Shown piece by piece: positions 54,851-64,000 of a stretch of DNA of 64,000 nucleotides. The position numbers and the translations under genes are program-made. Position 1 is the first letter of the stretch. Each line of letters begins with the position of its first letter. Source of the DNA: Candidatus Sungiibacteriota bacterium. GTDB lineage: Bacteria; Patescibacteriota; Minisyncoccia; Sungbacterales; HO2-52-23. The notes below the pieces were generated by a model that was not told where the DNA came from, made no database searches, and saw nothing but the letters and a program-made list of their open reading frames with translations. The stretch lies in contig JACPBG010000002.1 of assembly GCA_016180435.1 (NCBI GenBank), positions 144,682 to 208,681 of the forward strand, written 5' to 3'.

Positions 54851-57037
54851 ATGGAACAAAATATTACATCTACGCAGGGCGGGGCACTGCCACCAACATC
54901 AGCCGAATCCGCCGAGCATGAAAAATCAGTAAGATTAAAAATCGGGCTGTTCGGGTTTTTCTTGTTTATTGTTTTCGTGGTGGGTCTCTTTTGGATGGCC
55001 ACAACCCCTGAATTGACCGTGGGATTAACGCTTTCATTCATTGCCGGCCTTTCCATGATTTTTCTGCCCTGCACCCTGCCACTGGCTTTTGTCATAGTGC
55101 CACTCACTATGGGAAAAGATCCGAAAAAGGGTCTTTTTATGGCGCTTTCTTTTACTCTGGGGCTCACGATCACCCTTTCTTTATACGGGGTATTTATTGC
55201 AGCAGCCGGCAAGGCTTTTGGTCTAAAATCAGACGCTGAAGTTTATGCGGTGCTCCTAGGGGGACTGGCTGCATTTATTTTTGGATTATCCGAAGTTGGA
55301 CTGATAAATTTTAAGCTTCCCTCGTATTCCGGAAAATTCCCGGATTTTATCCAGCGCCGCAAGGATTATATGAAGACCTTTTTACTCGGATTGTTGCTTG
55401 GCAATGCCGGTGTGGGGTGCCCGAATCCCGCTTTCTACGTGCTTCTCGGATATATTGCAACTACGGGCGATCTATTTAACGGATGGTTTCTGGGCTTTGT
55501 TCACGGGATGGGGCGTTCAGTCCCGCTTATCTTCCTGGCGATTCTTGGCACCTTGGGGGTAAACGCTCTCTCGGGTGTGGCCCGCCACAAAGAGGGCATT
55601 GGGAAAGTAATGGGATGGATGCTATTGATAATCGGCGCATATCTGCTCACTTTCGGCATTTTTGGCCATGACTGGTTTATTGCTTCAGGTACTCATGGCG
55701 CATGGGAGCAATTTGTAGTCAATATTTCGGGCGAGCGGTTCGGTGAGACCATACTACAGCACGAACACCCGCTCGTTGATATTCCTGATTTTATTAAGTA
55801 TGGGAATTTATTTTTTCTGGGGCTTTTGGCGATAACGATTCTCACCTCATTTATTTTCAGGCATCCAACGCGCCGCACAATTGTTTGGCTTTCTATAACA
55901 TATATCGCCATTGCTCTTGTTATTGGTAATTCAACCGGCTGGACATTTACGGTTCCGCCACCCTTGGGTCATTCCATGGCGATGCCGGAAGGCACTGGAG
56001 GAGCGCACGATGACGAACATGGAGGCGCAATATATCATGAAGAAGGAGAAGTTAAATCCGGCCCGGCTGTTAATTTAAACATCACGCCAGTTCCTTTCAG
56101 AACCGGCCAAGCGCAAAAACTTGATTTCTTTGTAAATGAAAAGCCTGGGAATATTCCCATTCCGGCAGAAAATTTAGAAATTGAGCATGAAAAACTGATG
56201 CATGTAATAGGAGTTCGGAGCGACTTAAACGAATTTTTCCATATCCATCCTTCACCCTCCCAACTTTTGGGACAGGTTGGAGATGCGAAGCAGTCCCAAA
56301 AGTTAGGAGGGCAAGCCTCCCAAGCCGAAGAGGGACATTTTACGGCAGATTACATTTTTTCCAATCCAGGACTTTATAAAATCTGGTCGGAAATTAAGAG
56401 CGATGGCGTTAATTATTCTTTTGACTATCCGGAAATTTCGGTTGAAGGCGAGGGCGAGAAATATAGAAAGGAGATATTTTTTGGAATTTCGCAAATTGTC
56501 GGCAATTATCAGGTTGTATTGCATAAAGACGAGCTGGCGAAAGGCATAAATTCCGCGCTTAATTTTGAAATTCACGATAGCCTGGGGCGTGAGATAGAGG
56601 TTGAGCCGTACCTGGACGCCGATATGCATCTCACGCTTATTAAAGATGACTGGAAGCAGTTTATACATACTCATCCGGCTGGAGATGCCGGGCATGATGA
56701 TGAGCATGGTATGTTAACGCCCGGTTTGTTTTTAATCGCCAGCGCAAATGGCGGAGACGACCATAATGATCAGATGGAAGCGAGCAGCGTATCAGCGCAC
56801 GGCATTTCTTTCAGGGTGGTATTTCCGGAGGCAGGGCTTTATAAGGTTTTTGCCCAGTTTCGTCCCCAAGGCATTGATCTGCCCCAAGATGAGGCCCTGA
56901 CTGCAAGTTTTTGGATTAAAGTTGAGGAAAAAGCACCCCCTGTTTTATCCGGCTGGTGGATTAATCTTACCTGGTCGCTTGCCGCAATTGTTGTTTTGAG
57001 CGTTTTGGTGAAAAAATATTTGAAGGTAAAGCAGTGA
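54851..57037 (+). CDS. CcdA/DsbD-type thiol-disulfide transmembrane domain fused to a large His-rich extracytoplasmic domain (putative metal-binding), with a C-terminal TM
   Basis: FIAGLSMIFLPCTLPLAFVIVP matches the CcdA conserved Cys-in-TM motif (fLaGllSFLSPCvLPLlP); six or more TM. C-terminal ~420 aa carry GGAHDDEHGGAIYHEEGE, FFHIHPSPS, FIHTHPAGDAGHDDEHG. Confidence 0.55.
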   Translation: MEQNITSTQGGALPPTSAESAEHEKSVRLKIGLFGFFLFIVFVVGLFWMATTPELTVGLTLSFIAGLSMIFLPCTLPLAFVIVPLTMGKDPKKGLFMALSFTLGLTITLSLYGVFIAAAGKAFGLKSDAEVYAVLLGGLAAFIFGLSEVGLINFKLPSYSGKFPDFIQRRKDYMKTFLLGLLLGNAGVGCPNPAFYVLLGYIATTGDLFNGWFLGFVHGMGRSVPLIFLAILGTLGVNALSGVARHKEGIGKVMGWMLLIIGAYLLTFGIFGHDWFIASGTHGAWEQFVVNISGERFGETILQHEHPLVDIPDFIKYGNLFFLGLLAITILTSFIFRHPTRRTIVWLSITYIAIALVIGNSTGWTFTVPPPLGHSMAMPEGTGGAHDDEHGGAIYHEEGEVKSGPAVNLNITPVPFRTGQAQKLDFFVNEKPGNIPIPAENLEIEHEKLMHVIGVRSDLNEFFHIHPSPSQLLGQVGDAKQSQKLGGQASQAEEGHFTADYIFSNPGLYKIWSEIKSDGVNYSFDYPEISVEGEGEKYRKEIFFGISQIVGNYQVVLHKDELAKGINSALNFEIHDSLGREIEVEPYLDADMHLTLIKDDWKQFIHTHPAGDAGHDDEHGMLTPGLFLIASANGGDDHNDQMEASSVSAHGISFRVVFPEAGLYKVFAQFRPQGIDLPQDEALTASFWIKVEEKAPPVLSGWWINLTWSLAAIVVLSVLVKKYLKVKQ

Positions 57038-57039
57038 TG

Positions 57040-57150
57040 CCAATCCGATGCAAATTTAATGCCAATTTGGCGAATTGCGAATATTCGCATAATTAGCAAT
57101 TTGTAGATTAGCATTTCATTTGTAGATTTGCATCATTGCGCGTTAGCGAA
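57040..57150. repeat. GCGAAT/ATTCGC-rich palindromic spacer related to the ACGAAT family
   Basis: ttggcgaattgcgaatattcgcataattagc...gcgcgttagcgaatgaat resembles the nrdD-element segment acgcgaatatgcgaattt. Confidence 0.35.
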
Positions 57151-57155
57151 TGAAT

Positions 57156-57271
57156 CCCGTTAGAAGCCGCGATCGCATATCAAGATATAAAAATCATTGT
57201 GAATTACCAATTAAATATAAATTATAAACATAGTAAATCGCATCAATTGATCGCGATCTGCTTCTAACGGG
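57156..57271. repeat. MITE-like element (CCCGTTAGAAGCCGCGATCGC ... GATCGCGATCTGCTTCTAACGGG) directly abutting the ATG of the cupredoxin gene
   Basis: ~21-nt terminal inverted repeats. Same family as 38812..39042, with 26/26 identity at the 5' end. Ends immediately before the ATG at 57272. Confidence 0.6.
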
Positions 57272-57709
57272 ATGAATAAATACGCCATCTTAATTATAAT
57301 AGGTGTCCTGATTATCGGTTTCGGTGTTTTTTACCGCGCGTTTTTGTTGTCGGATGAGGCCAAGCCGGTAACAACCGGAAAAGTTCGCGAAGTGACAATC
57401 ATCGCCAAAAAAAACGAATGGCGGTTTGTGCCGGAAGTTATTGAAGCCGAGCGCGGGGATAAGATTGTGATAACCGCGGTGAATGAGGATGATTATGACC
57501 ACGGGATTGCCATTGACGCTTTTGGGCAATCCCAAAGAATGCCGGCGCGTTCCACCATAAAAATGGAATTTGTAGTAACCCAGGAAGGGGAGTTCCCGTT
57601 TTATTGCTCGGTGCCTTGCGGAGAAGGGGATGTGGACGGGAAACATAGGACCCATTTTGATATGATAGGGAAGTTGGATGTAAAAAGTGTGGTGAGTTCA
57701 ACGCAGTGA
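57272..57709 (+). CDS. Membrane-anchored cupredoxin-domain protein with a CuA-like ligand pattern
   Basis: N-terminal TM YAILIIIGVLIIGFGVFY. C-terminal FYCSVPCGEGDVDGKHRTHFDM fits C-x3-C-G-x-H-x2-M as in CuA/COX2-type cupredoxins; an upstream His lies in DDYDHGIAID. Confidence 0.55.
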   Translation: MNKYAILIIIGVLIIGFGVFYRAFLLSDEAKPVTTGKVREVTIIAKKNEWRFVPEVIEAERGDKIVITAVNEDDYDHGIAIDAFGQSQRMPARSTIKMEFVVTQEGEFPFYCSVPCGEGDVDGKHRTHFDMIGKLDVKSVVSSTQ

Positions 57710-57765
57710 CGCTCGCGCTATGATTTTAAAACACGTTCAGCCGCCCAGCGGCGGCTTCACTAAGC

Positions 57766-57892
57766 ATCCGGCGCGCGCCGAGCACTCAATTTATCTTAAA
57801 AATAGTTCCCGAGCTTGGTCGAGGGACTACCTTTAAAGAAGTAGGCACGGCATCAATAATTTGAGTGCTCGGACCATGCCGCGCGCCTCCTG
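57766..57892. repeat. Long inverted repeat (CCGGCGCGCGCCGAGCACTCAATTT ... AATTTGAGTGCTCGG..GCGCGCGCC) in the intergenic region after the cupredoxin gene
   Basis: ~20-bp arms separated by ~60 nt. Could be a terminator or structured-RNA stem. No function assigned. Confidence 0.35.
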
Positions 57893-58434
57893 ATTGTTTT
57901 AAAATCACAGCGCTTCGCTTTTGTCGAATTCATTAAGGGAAGAAGGTGGGTTTTCTGTATGTATAAAAAATCAGCGGCAGGGCCGCTGGGGATTAGATAG
58001 GACTATTTTGACCAGGAGTGTATGGCAGCAGCTTCCAGCTGGGTATCAATTTCTTGAAGGTCCATTCTGGAAGCCCATTCAAATTTTACTCTTAACCCGC
58101 ATTCTTGGCAAAAAAGTACGGCGGCATGTCGCCCGTCCTGTAAATGTCTTCCGAGGCGGAAATTCATGATTGTATGGATATATTCTGTGGAAACGGGTTC
58201 CGGCGTGCATTGATGTGATGCATGCAGGATCCTGTCCGGTCCGGCTTGAACATGCAACAATCCGTCTATAAAGTTATACGTCGTTCCGAGATGGGTTAGA
58301 TTCACAAAACCTCCGAAAAATAAAAAGGTCAATGAATAAAGGTTAGCATAGCGTAATAAGTTTTGTCAACCCTAAATTTGACGTAACGGACAGAGAAGAT
58401 TATAATAAAATTATAATGGATTAAGCTAAAAACT

Positions 58435-58677
58435 ATGACCCAAAAAGTATTAAAGGTGGGAAGTTCTATGGCGCTTACTGTACCCAAAAAATTAGCCGAG
58501 GAGTTGGGATGGAGGGCGGGCGACAGCGTGGCGGTAAAAGGAGATCCGAAACAACATCGGGTAATTTATTATTCTCCGCGTAAGCCGCTTTCCGGGAATG
58601 ATCAAAGAATTGCTGAACTCGGATACCGTTTTATTCAAAATTACCGGCGGGATCTAGAATCCTTGGCCAAAAAATAA
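58435..58677 (+). CDS. AbrB/MazE/SpoVT-family antitoxin
   Basis: LKVGSSMALTVPKKLAEELGWRAGDSVAV is a swapped-hairpin AbrB-type DNA-binding motif. Sits immediately upstream of a Doc toxin gene. Confidence 0.65.
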   Translation: MTQKVLKVGSSMALTVPKKLAEELGWRAGDSVAVKGDPKQHRVIYYSPRKPLSGNDQRIAELGYRFIQNYRRDLESLAKK

Positions 58678-58688
58678 TTCATTCCATT

Positions 58689-59078
58689 GTGAAATATCTT
58701 TCTTGTGAACAGATTTTATTGCTTCATTCCATGGCAATTGATGAAACCGGTGGTATGCACGGTGTCCGTGACATGAATGCCATTTTGGCGTTGGTTGATT
58801 TGTCTAAACAGAAAGCATTTGGGCAGGAACTTTATAAAGGAGTTTTCCTTAAAACTGCGGTATATGTAAGAAATATTATCTCAAGTCACCCATTTCTTGA
58901 TGGAAATAAAAGAACGGCAATGGTGGTGGCGGGAGTATTTCTCGAAGAAAATGGGTATAAAATTGTGGCCGAAGAGGGTGAGATTGAAAAGTATGCGATT
59001 GATGTAGCTATTGGCAATAGGGATTTAGAATGGATGTCCACGTGGTTTAAAAAACATGCGGAGAAAATGAAGAAATAG
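58689..59078 (+). CDS. doc: Doc (death-on-curing) Fic-fold toxin
   Basis: Doc-type motif HPFLDGNKRTAMV (HxFx(D/N)GNKR). GTG start. 129 aa. Confidence 0.8.
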   Translation: MKYLSCEQILLLHSMAIDETGGMHGVRDMNAILALVDLSKQKAFGQELYKGVFLKTAVYVRNIISSHPFLDGNKRTAMVVAGVFLEENGYKIVAEEGEIEKYAIDVAIGNRDLEWMSTWFKKHAEKMKK

Positions 59079-59105
59079 TTGGTTTTGATTGACCGCCGTT
59101 AGGAT

Positions 59106-59306
59106 ATGAATTATAATTATTTTATGACCACCCAAACTTTAGAGAAATTAATAAAAATAGAAAAAGAACTTCTGAAAGTTAAAAAAGAAGGCAGTTTTTT
59201 GTCCTTTAAAGCCCCTATCTCTTTAAGGGGCATGTTTAAAGGCGTGAAAATTGCGGGAAAAGATATTAAAGCTGCAAAAAAGTCACTATTTAAGATCGTG
59301 CCTTAA
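59106..59306 (+). CDS. Small Lys-rich hypothetical ORF
   Basis: Track ORF only; no motifs; may not be coding. Confidence 0.2.
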   Translation: MNYNYFMTTQTLEKLIKIEKELLKVKKEGSFLSFKAPISLRGMFKGVKIAGKDIKAAKKSLFKIVP

Positions 59307-59514
59307 AAATTATGTATTACGTTGTCGATACACATACTTTTTTTCTAAAGACAATGAGATTAAAGAGTTCTACCCAAAGACTATTTGGTAGTTTTTGTTT
59401 AAAATAAAAAATCAGCGGAAAAGTCCGCTGATGGGCTAAAAGAAATCAGGATCGGATAACGTCGGAGATTTTTGGTTAATCGGAAAGCAGGCGGATTGAA
59501 AGACCACTTTTGAG

Positions 59515-60036
59515 CTAAAGTTTTTGTTTCGCTGCTAAAATCCAATCATATAATTTTTCGAAAAACGGCCCGAACGGTGTTTGTTTAATCTCTAGTGAGA
59601 CCGGAATTTCGAACGAGACGGGCGCTGTCCCCTTAATCGGAATTGCCGAGTTGAGCGGAACTGTAACGACCGTATCTACCGGAACAGCAGTATCAATGGG
59701 TACGCGCAGTGTAATCTCTTGTCCAAGTATCGGAATAGTCACTGGGACATTGACTATAGTCAGGATTGGAACCGAAACCTTGATGGGTATTTTAAAAGTA
59801 TCTTTTATCGGCACTTGCATAGAAAAAGGTATTTCTTCTTGTATGTTAATCCGGGTTGTTATGGTTTGGTTCTGTATATCTTTGATAACTTGAGCTAAAT
59901 TACTTAGCGGGCCCCGGGCGGCTTTACGCAGTCCGTTAATAAAAACAAAGAGATAAACATTCAAAGCTAAAGAAAATAATAAAACCGCCCAGAGAAGCCA
60001 ATAATCCCATGGCCGGTTAAATTTATTAGTATCCAT
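59515..60036 (-). CDS. N-terminally anchored hypothetical protein with Val/Pro/Ile-rich repeats
   Basis: TM WDYWLLWAVLLFSLALNVYLFVFI, then repetitive (V/I)P(I/V)xxT motifs (KVSVPILTIVNVPVTIPILGQEITLRVPIDTAVPVDTVVTVPL). Confidence 0.45.
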   Translation of the reverse strand: MDTNKFNRPWDYWLLWAVLLFSLALNVYLFVFINGLRKAARGPLSNLAQVIKDIQNQTITTRINIQEEIPFSMQVPIKDTFKIPIKVSVPILTIVNVPVTIPILGQEITLRVPIDTAVPVDTVVTVPLNSAIPIKGTAPVSFEIPVSLEIKQTPFGPFFEKLYDWILAAKQKL

Positions 60037-60080
60037 ACCTGTTATTGTATCATATTTGTGTTAAGATTTGTATAAGGCAT

Positions 60081-60140
60081 ATGACTAAATTAGTTCTCAA
60101 AGTTAAAGGTATGCAGAGTGGCTCGCCATTACGCATTTGA
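60081..60140 (+). pseudogene. Remnant 5' duplicate of copA (MTKLVLKVKGMQSGSPLRI*), truncated
   Basis: atgactaaattagttctcaaagttaaaggtatgca parallels the copA start atgactaaacttgtcttaaaagtaaaaggaatgca (MTKLVLKVKGMHCASCS) 324 nt downstream. Confidence 0.45.
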
Positions 60141-60190
60141 AACACGATTCGCCCTGTCCAGCGCAGGGCTCACTAAGGGTCGGCGAAATT

Positions 60191-60207
60191 TTTGCGCTTT
60201 GCGCAAA
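60191..60207. promoter_or_regulatory. Palindrome TTTGCGC-ttt-GCGCAAA upstream of copA; candidate metal-regulator operator
   Basis: A perfect 7-bp inverted repeat about 200 nt upstream of the copA ATG, between the copA remnant and copA. Confidence 0.3.
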
Positions 60208-60404
60208 CCAAGCCCCGTCACCAAAATTTTGACCGTTTCTGTGCCGTCTTAAATAAGCTGGCGAGATGTACTATGTGTTTCTCAACAAATGTTCACCTCT
60301 ACTTGGATGGAAACGAAAGCGGCAGTCAAAATTTGGTGCGGGGCAAGCAAATTTCGCCTCCCATTGTTTCAAATGCGCAATAAGCTCGCCGATGGTTTTA
60401 AAAT

Positions 60405-62912
60405 ATGACTAAACTTGTCTTAAAAGTAAAAGGAATGCACTGCGCATCTTGTTCAATTCTGATTGATAAACTGATCGGGAAGCAGGCCGGCGTGCAGTCC
60501 ATTAAAACAAGTTATGGCGCGGAAAAGACCGCGATTGAATTTGATGAGGTAAAAATCCCGCTTACTAAAATTGACGAACTGATAAATCAGCTTGGGTATG
60601 ATTTAATCCGGCCGGATGAGCAAGGGTCAACCGCCGCCGAGGAAGAGAAAAAAGAAGCCAAGCAAATCGAAGAATCGCGCCGCCGGGTGAAGGCCGCATT
60701 TTTATTGGCATTCCCCATAATTTTATATTACATGTTAATTCACATGTTTAATGTTACGCATGTGCATGAGCTTTTTGATTTTTTGAATCAGCGTGCGCCT
60801 TTGCTTACAGGATCCGGGTTTTTTGGATACGGGTCGTATGCCACAAGCTATTTTTTCTGGATTATAGCTCAGCCCCTGAAATTCTTAACCGGATTTTTGG
60901 TGGATGTCTCTAACCCGCCATTCCGGATTGATCTCAATTATTTCTATTGGGCATTATCTACTCCGATTCAGTTTATTATCGCCTGGCCGTTTTATCGGAA
61001 TTCCTTTACCGCCATTCGGGTGGGTTCGGCCAATATGGACGTATTGGTCGCGCTTGGCACATCAGCTGCCTATTTTTACTCCATGATTGGCTTTCTATTT
61101 TTTAACATTGACCATCCGTTTTGGGAGTCATCGGCCGCGCTGCTCTTTTTCATTTTACTCGGTAGATATTTTGAAGCGGTAGCCAAAGGTAGAGCATCGC
61201 AGGCTATCAAAGAACTTCTGAAATTGGAAGCCAAAGAAGCGCATATCATGCGGGACGGAGCCGAGGTTACGGTTCCGCTGGATCAGCTTAAAAAAGACGA
61301 TATTATAGTGGTTCGTCCGGGCGAGAAAATTCCGGTGGACGGTCTAATAATTGAGGGCAAAACCCATATTGACGAGAAGGTGGTTACCGGGGAATCCATG
61401 CCGGTGGGAAAAGGAGTGGGGGAGGAGGTGATTGGCGCTACCATAAATCAGGAGGGTTTGATCAAGTTTAAAGCCACGAAAGTCGGAAAAGAAACTCTGC
61501 TCTACCAAATTATCCAAATGGTAGAAGAGGCCCAAGCATCTCGCGCTCCCATTCAGAACTTGGTGGATAAAATTTCCGAATACTTTGTGCCGGCGGTTGT
61601 GGTATTTGCGGTAATAGTTTTCTCAACCTGGTATTTTTTTCTGATTCCGGATGATCTGCGATCAGCTCTTACTAAAATGATCGCGGTTTTGGTGATTTCC
61701 TGCCCCTGCGCCATGGGTCTTGCCACGCCCACGGCTTTGATCGTTGGCATTGGCCGCGCGGCAAAATTTGGAATAATTTTGAAAGGCGGGGAGGCGCTGG
61801 AGAAAGCCTATAGGATTACGGCGGTTGCGCTTGATAAAACAGGCACTTTAACCATTGGAAAGCCGGTGGTTACCGATTTTATGGCATTGGGCGGCATGGA
61901 TGAGCGCGAGGCGCTTTTGCTCTCGGCGTCCGTGGAACAGGGCTCCGAACATCCGCTGGCGCGCGCGGTGATTGAGAAAGGAAAGGAAAAACTTGGTTCT
62001 CTGCCGGAGGTGAAGGACTTTGAGGCGGTCTCCGGATACGGAGTAAAAGGCTCGGTGAACGGCATTGAGATCGGAGTGGGGAATTCGGCTTTTATGGAAA
62101 AATTAGGAATATCCATAGAGGAATGGCGCCATAAATTTGAGGAATTGCAGGGTCAGGCCAAAACCACGGTTTTTGCCGTGAAAAAAGACGGGGATAGATG
62201 GCGCGCTATGGCTTTAATCGCCATGGCAGATACCCTAAAGCCCTTTGCCAAAGAGGCGATTGCCGAACTTAAAAAAATGAAGAAAGAAATCATTATGATT
62301 ACCGGCGATAACCCGAAAACAGCGCATGCGATTGCGCGCGAAATCGGGATTGATCGCGTGCTCGCGGAAGTAAAGCCCCAGGAAAAAGCGGATGTAATTA
62401 AAAAATTGCAAGCCGAGGGCAAGTCGGTTGCCATGGTGGGGGACGGGATAAATGATTCTCCGGCGCTCGCGCAGGCAGATATCGGGATTGCCGTTGGGTC
62501 GGGTACGGATGTGGCGGTGCAGACCGGAGAAATAATTTTGGTAAAAGACGATTTGCGGGATGTGGTAACATCCATTCAGCTGTCGGGAAAAACCATTAAA
62601 AAAGTGTGGCAAAATCTTTTCTGGGCGTTTTTCTATAACGTCCTGGCAATTCCGGTGGCTGCCGGGTTTCATCTTTTCTTTACCACGCAAATTCTCACCT
62701 CGCATATTTTTGGGCGTCCGGCCGAGTGGACTTTAGGGTTGCAGAAATTGGGCGGCTTGGGCAAAGCGCTTTTCAATCTTTCCCAATCCACGCTCCGTCC
62801 CGAAATTGCCGGTTTTGCCATGGCGTTTTCTTCGGTGTCGGTGGTTACCAATTCCTTATTGCTTCGCCGTTATGTGCCGCCTATGGAAAAAGTTATTGAG
62901 GCTAAATCTTAA
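60405..62912 (+). CDS. copA: Copper-translocating P1B-type ATPase
   Basis: N-terminal HMA domain with GMHCASCS. TM CPC motif ISCPCAMGLATP. Phosphorylation site DKTGTLT. ATP-binding GDGINDSPAL. HP motif SEHPLA. Confidence 0.9.
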   Translation: MTKLVLKVKGMHCASCSILIDKLIGKQAGVQSIKTSYGAEKTAIEFDEVKIPLTKIDELINQLGYDLIRPDEQGSTAAEEEKKEAKQIEESRRRVKAAFLLAFPIILYYMLIHMFNVTHVHELFDFLNQRAPLLTGSGFFGYGSYATSYFFWIIAQPLKFLTGFLVDVSNPPFRIDLNYFYWALSTPIQFIIAWPFYRNSFTAIRVGSANMDVLVALGTSAAYFYSMIGFLFFNIDHPFWESSAALLFFILLGRYFEAVAKGRASQAIKELLKLEAKEAHIMRDGAEVTVPLDQLKKDDIIVVRPGEKIPVDGLIIEGKTHIDEKVVTGESMPVGKGVGEEVIGATINQEGLIKFKATKVGKETLLYQIIQMVEEAQASRAPIQNLVDKISEYFVPAVVVFAVIVFSTWYFFLIPDDLRSALTKMIAVLVISCPCAMGLATPTALIVGIGRAAKFGIILKGGEALEKAYRITAVALDKTGTLTIGKPVVTDFMALGGMDEREALLLSASVEQGSEHPLARAVIEKGKEKLGSLPEVKDFEAVSGYGVKGSVNGIEIGVGNSAFMEKLGISIEEWRHKFEELQGQAKTTVFAVKKDGDRWRAMALIAMADTLKPFAKEAIAELKKMKKEIIMITGDNPKTAHAIAREIGIDRVLAEVKPQEKADVIKKLQAEGKSVAMVGDGINDSPALAQADIGIAVGSGTDVAVQTGEIILVKDDLRDVVTSIQLSGKTIKKVWQNLFWAFFYNVLAIPVAAGFHLFFTTQILTSHIFGRPAEWTLGLQKLGGLGKALFNLSQSTLRPEIAGFAMAFSSVSVVTNSLLLRRYVPPMEKVIEAKS

Positions 62913-62938
62913 AATAATATAGAGAGTAAATGTATAAA

Positions 62939-63027
62939 TGTATCTAAAATTACGCTTAAGCGTAATTTTAGATACATTTATAAAGTAGTCAGATCCTAAA
63001 ACCCGCCAGATGGCGGGTTTTAGGATC
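62939..63027 (+). terminator. Two strong hairpins after copA (TGTATCTAAAATTACGCTTAAGCGTAATTTTAGATACA and GATCCTAAAACCCGC-cagatg-GCGGGTTTTAGGATC)
   Basis: A perfect 38-nt palindrome (62939-62976) followed by a T-rich stretch, and a 15-bp stem hairpin (62992-63027). Confidence 0.5.
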
Positions 63028-63163
63028 AAAGTTCCAATGCAGTCATAAAGTAGACCATTTACGCTGTGGATAATATAATTATTTATTTAATGCATGACGT
63101 GGTACGCTTATATTAGTCGTTTTTGCATATTTATTACACACTAACAGATATTTTATCAAATCT

Positions 63164-64000
63164 ATGTCTAACAAAAAGAATATCTTTATCATAGTCGCGG
63201 CCCTTGTCATTATTAGCGGCATTTATTGGTTTTATGACGACATCATCCGGCTTTTTCCGAAAAAGCCGGTGCCGGTTCTTACGAAATCCATGCTTGCCAA
63301 AGACGTGGCGCTTACCAGCTGGAATTTTATTGATCAAAGCGCTCTGAATAAAGAACGGCGCGGTTACATAGATTTTTGGCGAACGCGGTTCATATGTAAA
63401 AAAGGCAAATGCGTTGCGGATAAAAATATGATTTTACAAAGCGATGTGCTGTCCACGTATCTTCCGCCGGCGCTTTACGTTGAGGATCTCCGGCTGTTTG
63501 CTACCGTAACCAAAGATCCGCAGTTTAACCGAAAGAGGATCGCCGAGACCCTGTTTCTTACTCTTTTGTGCGGACGCGAACCGGATGTATGCCGCCGGCA
63601 GTTTACCGCAATTGTAAATGGGGATGCGGATTATAAGAAAGTAGATCCGAATAAATTTGCCGCGCTTCTGATAGTTGATGTAGGACTCGAGCCCAAAAAT
63701 CTTTTGGCCTGGTTCCAGAAACTGGAACGTTTTATCGCCCTGGCGAAATTTACCAAAAATCCAAAACACCTTGAGGTCGCGGAAAAGGTTTTCAAAGAAG
63801 GCGAAAAAATGTATTTGGAACCGGGTTCCCCGGCATATCGGGAAGGAGATATCGCGGTAACCAGCAATAGTTGTTACAAGCCGTTGGGAGAAATTAAAAT
63901 GTATGAATTGACGCAAAATTCCATGTATCGCGATGCCGCCTTGGCTTTTGTTGATCAGTCCAAAATTTATGATCATGCCGCTGATTTATCTAAACAAAAG
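63164..64000 (+). CDS. N-terminally anchored hypothetical protein, 3'-truncated by the window end
   Basis: ATG at 63164, then 279 codons with no stop to the window end. N-terminal TM IFIIVAALVIISGIYWFY. Absent from the ORF track, probably because no stop codon lies in the window. Confidence 0.5.
   Translation, partial: MSNKKNIFIIVAALVIISGIYWFYDDIIRLFPKKPVPVLTKSMLAKDVALTSWNFIDQSALNKERRGYIDFWRTRFICKKGKCVADKNMILQSDVLSTYLPPALYVEDLRLFATVTKDPQFNRKRIAETLFLTLLCGREPDVCRRQFTAIVNGDADYKKVDPNKFAALLIVDVGLEPKNLLAWFQKLERFIALAKFTKNPKHLEVAEKVFKEGEKMYLEPGSPAYREGDIAVTSNSCYKPLGEIKMYELTQNSMYRDAALAFVDQSKIYDHAADLSKQK

Noticed and set aside
24074-57271. CRISPR array
   Set aside because: The repeated motifs are inverted terminal repeats of isolated elements scattered over 50 kb. 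They are not direct repeats at regular 30-40-nt spacer intervals, and no cas genes are present.
58003-58332. Minus-strand ORF 58003..58332 (109 aa) with an LHASHQ stretch, as a metallophosphoesterase fragment
   Set aside because: The resemblance to a GHxH phosphoesterase motif is weak. It overlaps a region rich in inverted repeats and has no start context. At most a decayed remnant, so it is not called.
63134-63976. Track ORFs 63134..63337(-) and 63434..63976(-)
   Set aside because: They lie antisense to an uninterrupted plus-strand frame starting at ATG 63164 with an N-terminal TM helix and no stop to the window end. The minus ORFs have no motifs and are taken as shadow ORFs.

Overview
The window is gene-dense and mostly plus-strand. 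It is consistent with a small-genome uncultivated bacterium, possibly CPR/Patescibacteria-like, but that is a low-confidence inference. Housekeeping genes are dnaX, tRNA-Gln(UUG), nrdD/nrdG, a Nudix hydrolase, two FAD oxidoreductases, a class I cytochrome c and a CopA P-type ATPase. Around them sit four accessory modules. (a) A defence island of about 11 kb at 6.6-18.2 kb carries AbiEi/AbiEii, a small HTH protein, RadC and a type I R-M system (hsdR, hsdM, hsdS). A HTH-GHKL-ATPase-DUF4325 gene sits between hsdR and hsdM. A reverse transcriptase plus a small HEPN-like protein sit between hsdM and hsdS. (b) Several very large secreted surface proteins carry Ig-like/Big, FN3 and peptidoglycan-binding domains, with PT-rich linkers. 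A Cys-rich 8x-repeat/LamG protein and an S8 protease-propeller family also belong here. (c) A copper/redox cluster comprises a CcdA fusion with a His-rich domain, a cupredoxin, copA with a 5' remnant, and a thioredoxin-like gene. (d) Two type II TA pairs are present, HicAB and AbrB-Doc. The most unusual aspect is a dense population of small palindromic repeat families. One family has CCCCGTTAGAG / CTCTAACGGGG-type terminal inverted repeats. A second is built from ACGAAT/ATTCGT palindromes. A third is a set of GC-rich GCGAGGCGAGC hairpins. Some copies sit in-frame inside CDSs (hsdM, the FAD oxidoreductase). One 212-bp copy with a 9-bp direct repeat has split nrdD, and a new ATG inside the element leaves the glycyl-radical domain as a separate small ORF coupled to nrdG. 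Two homologous noncoding elements of about 240 nt and an hsdS fragment flank the defence island. No CRISPR array and no rRNA were seen.
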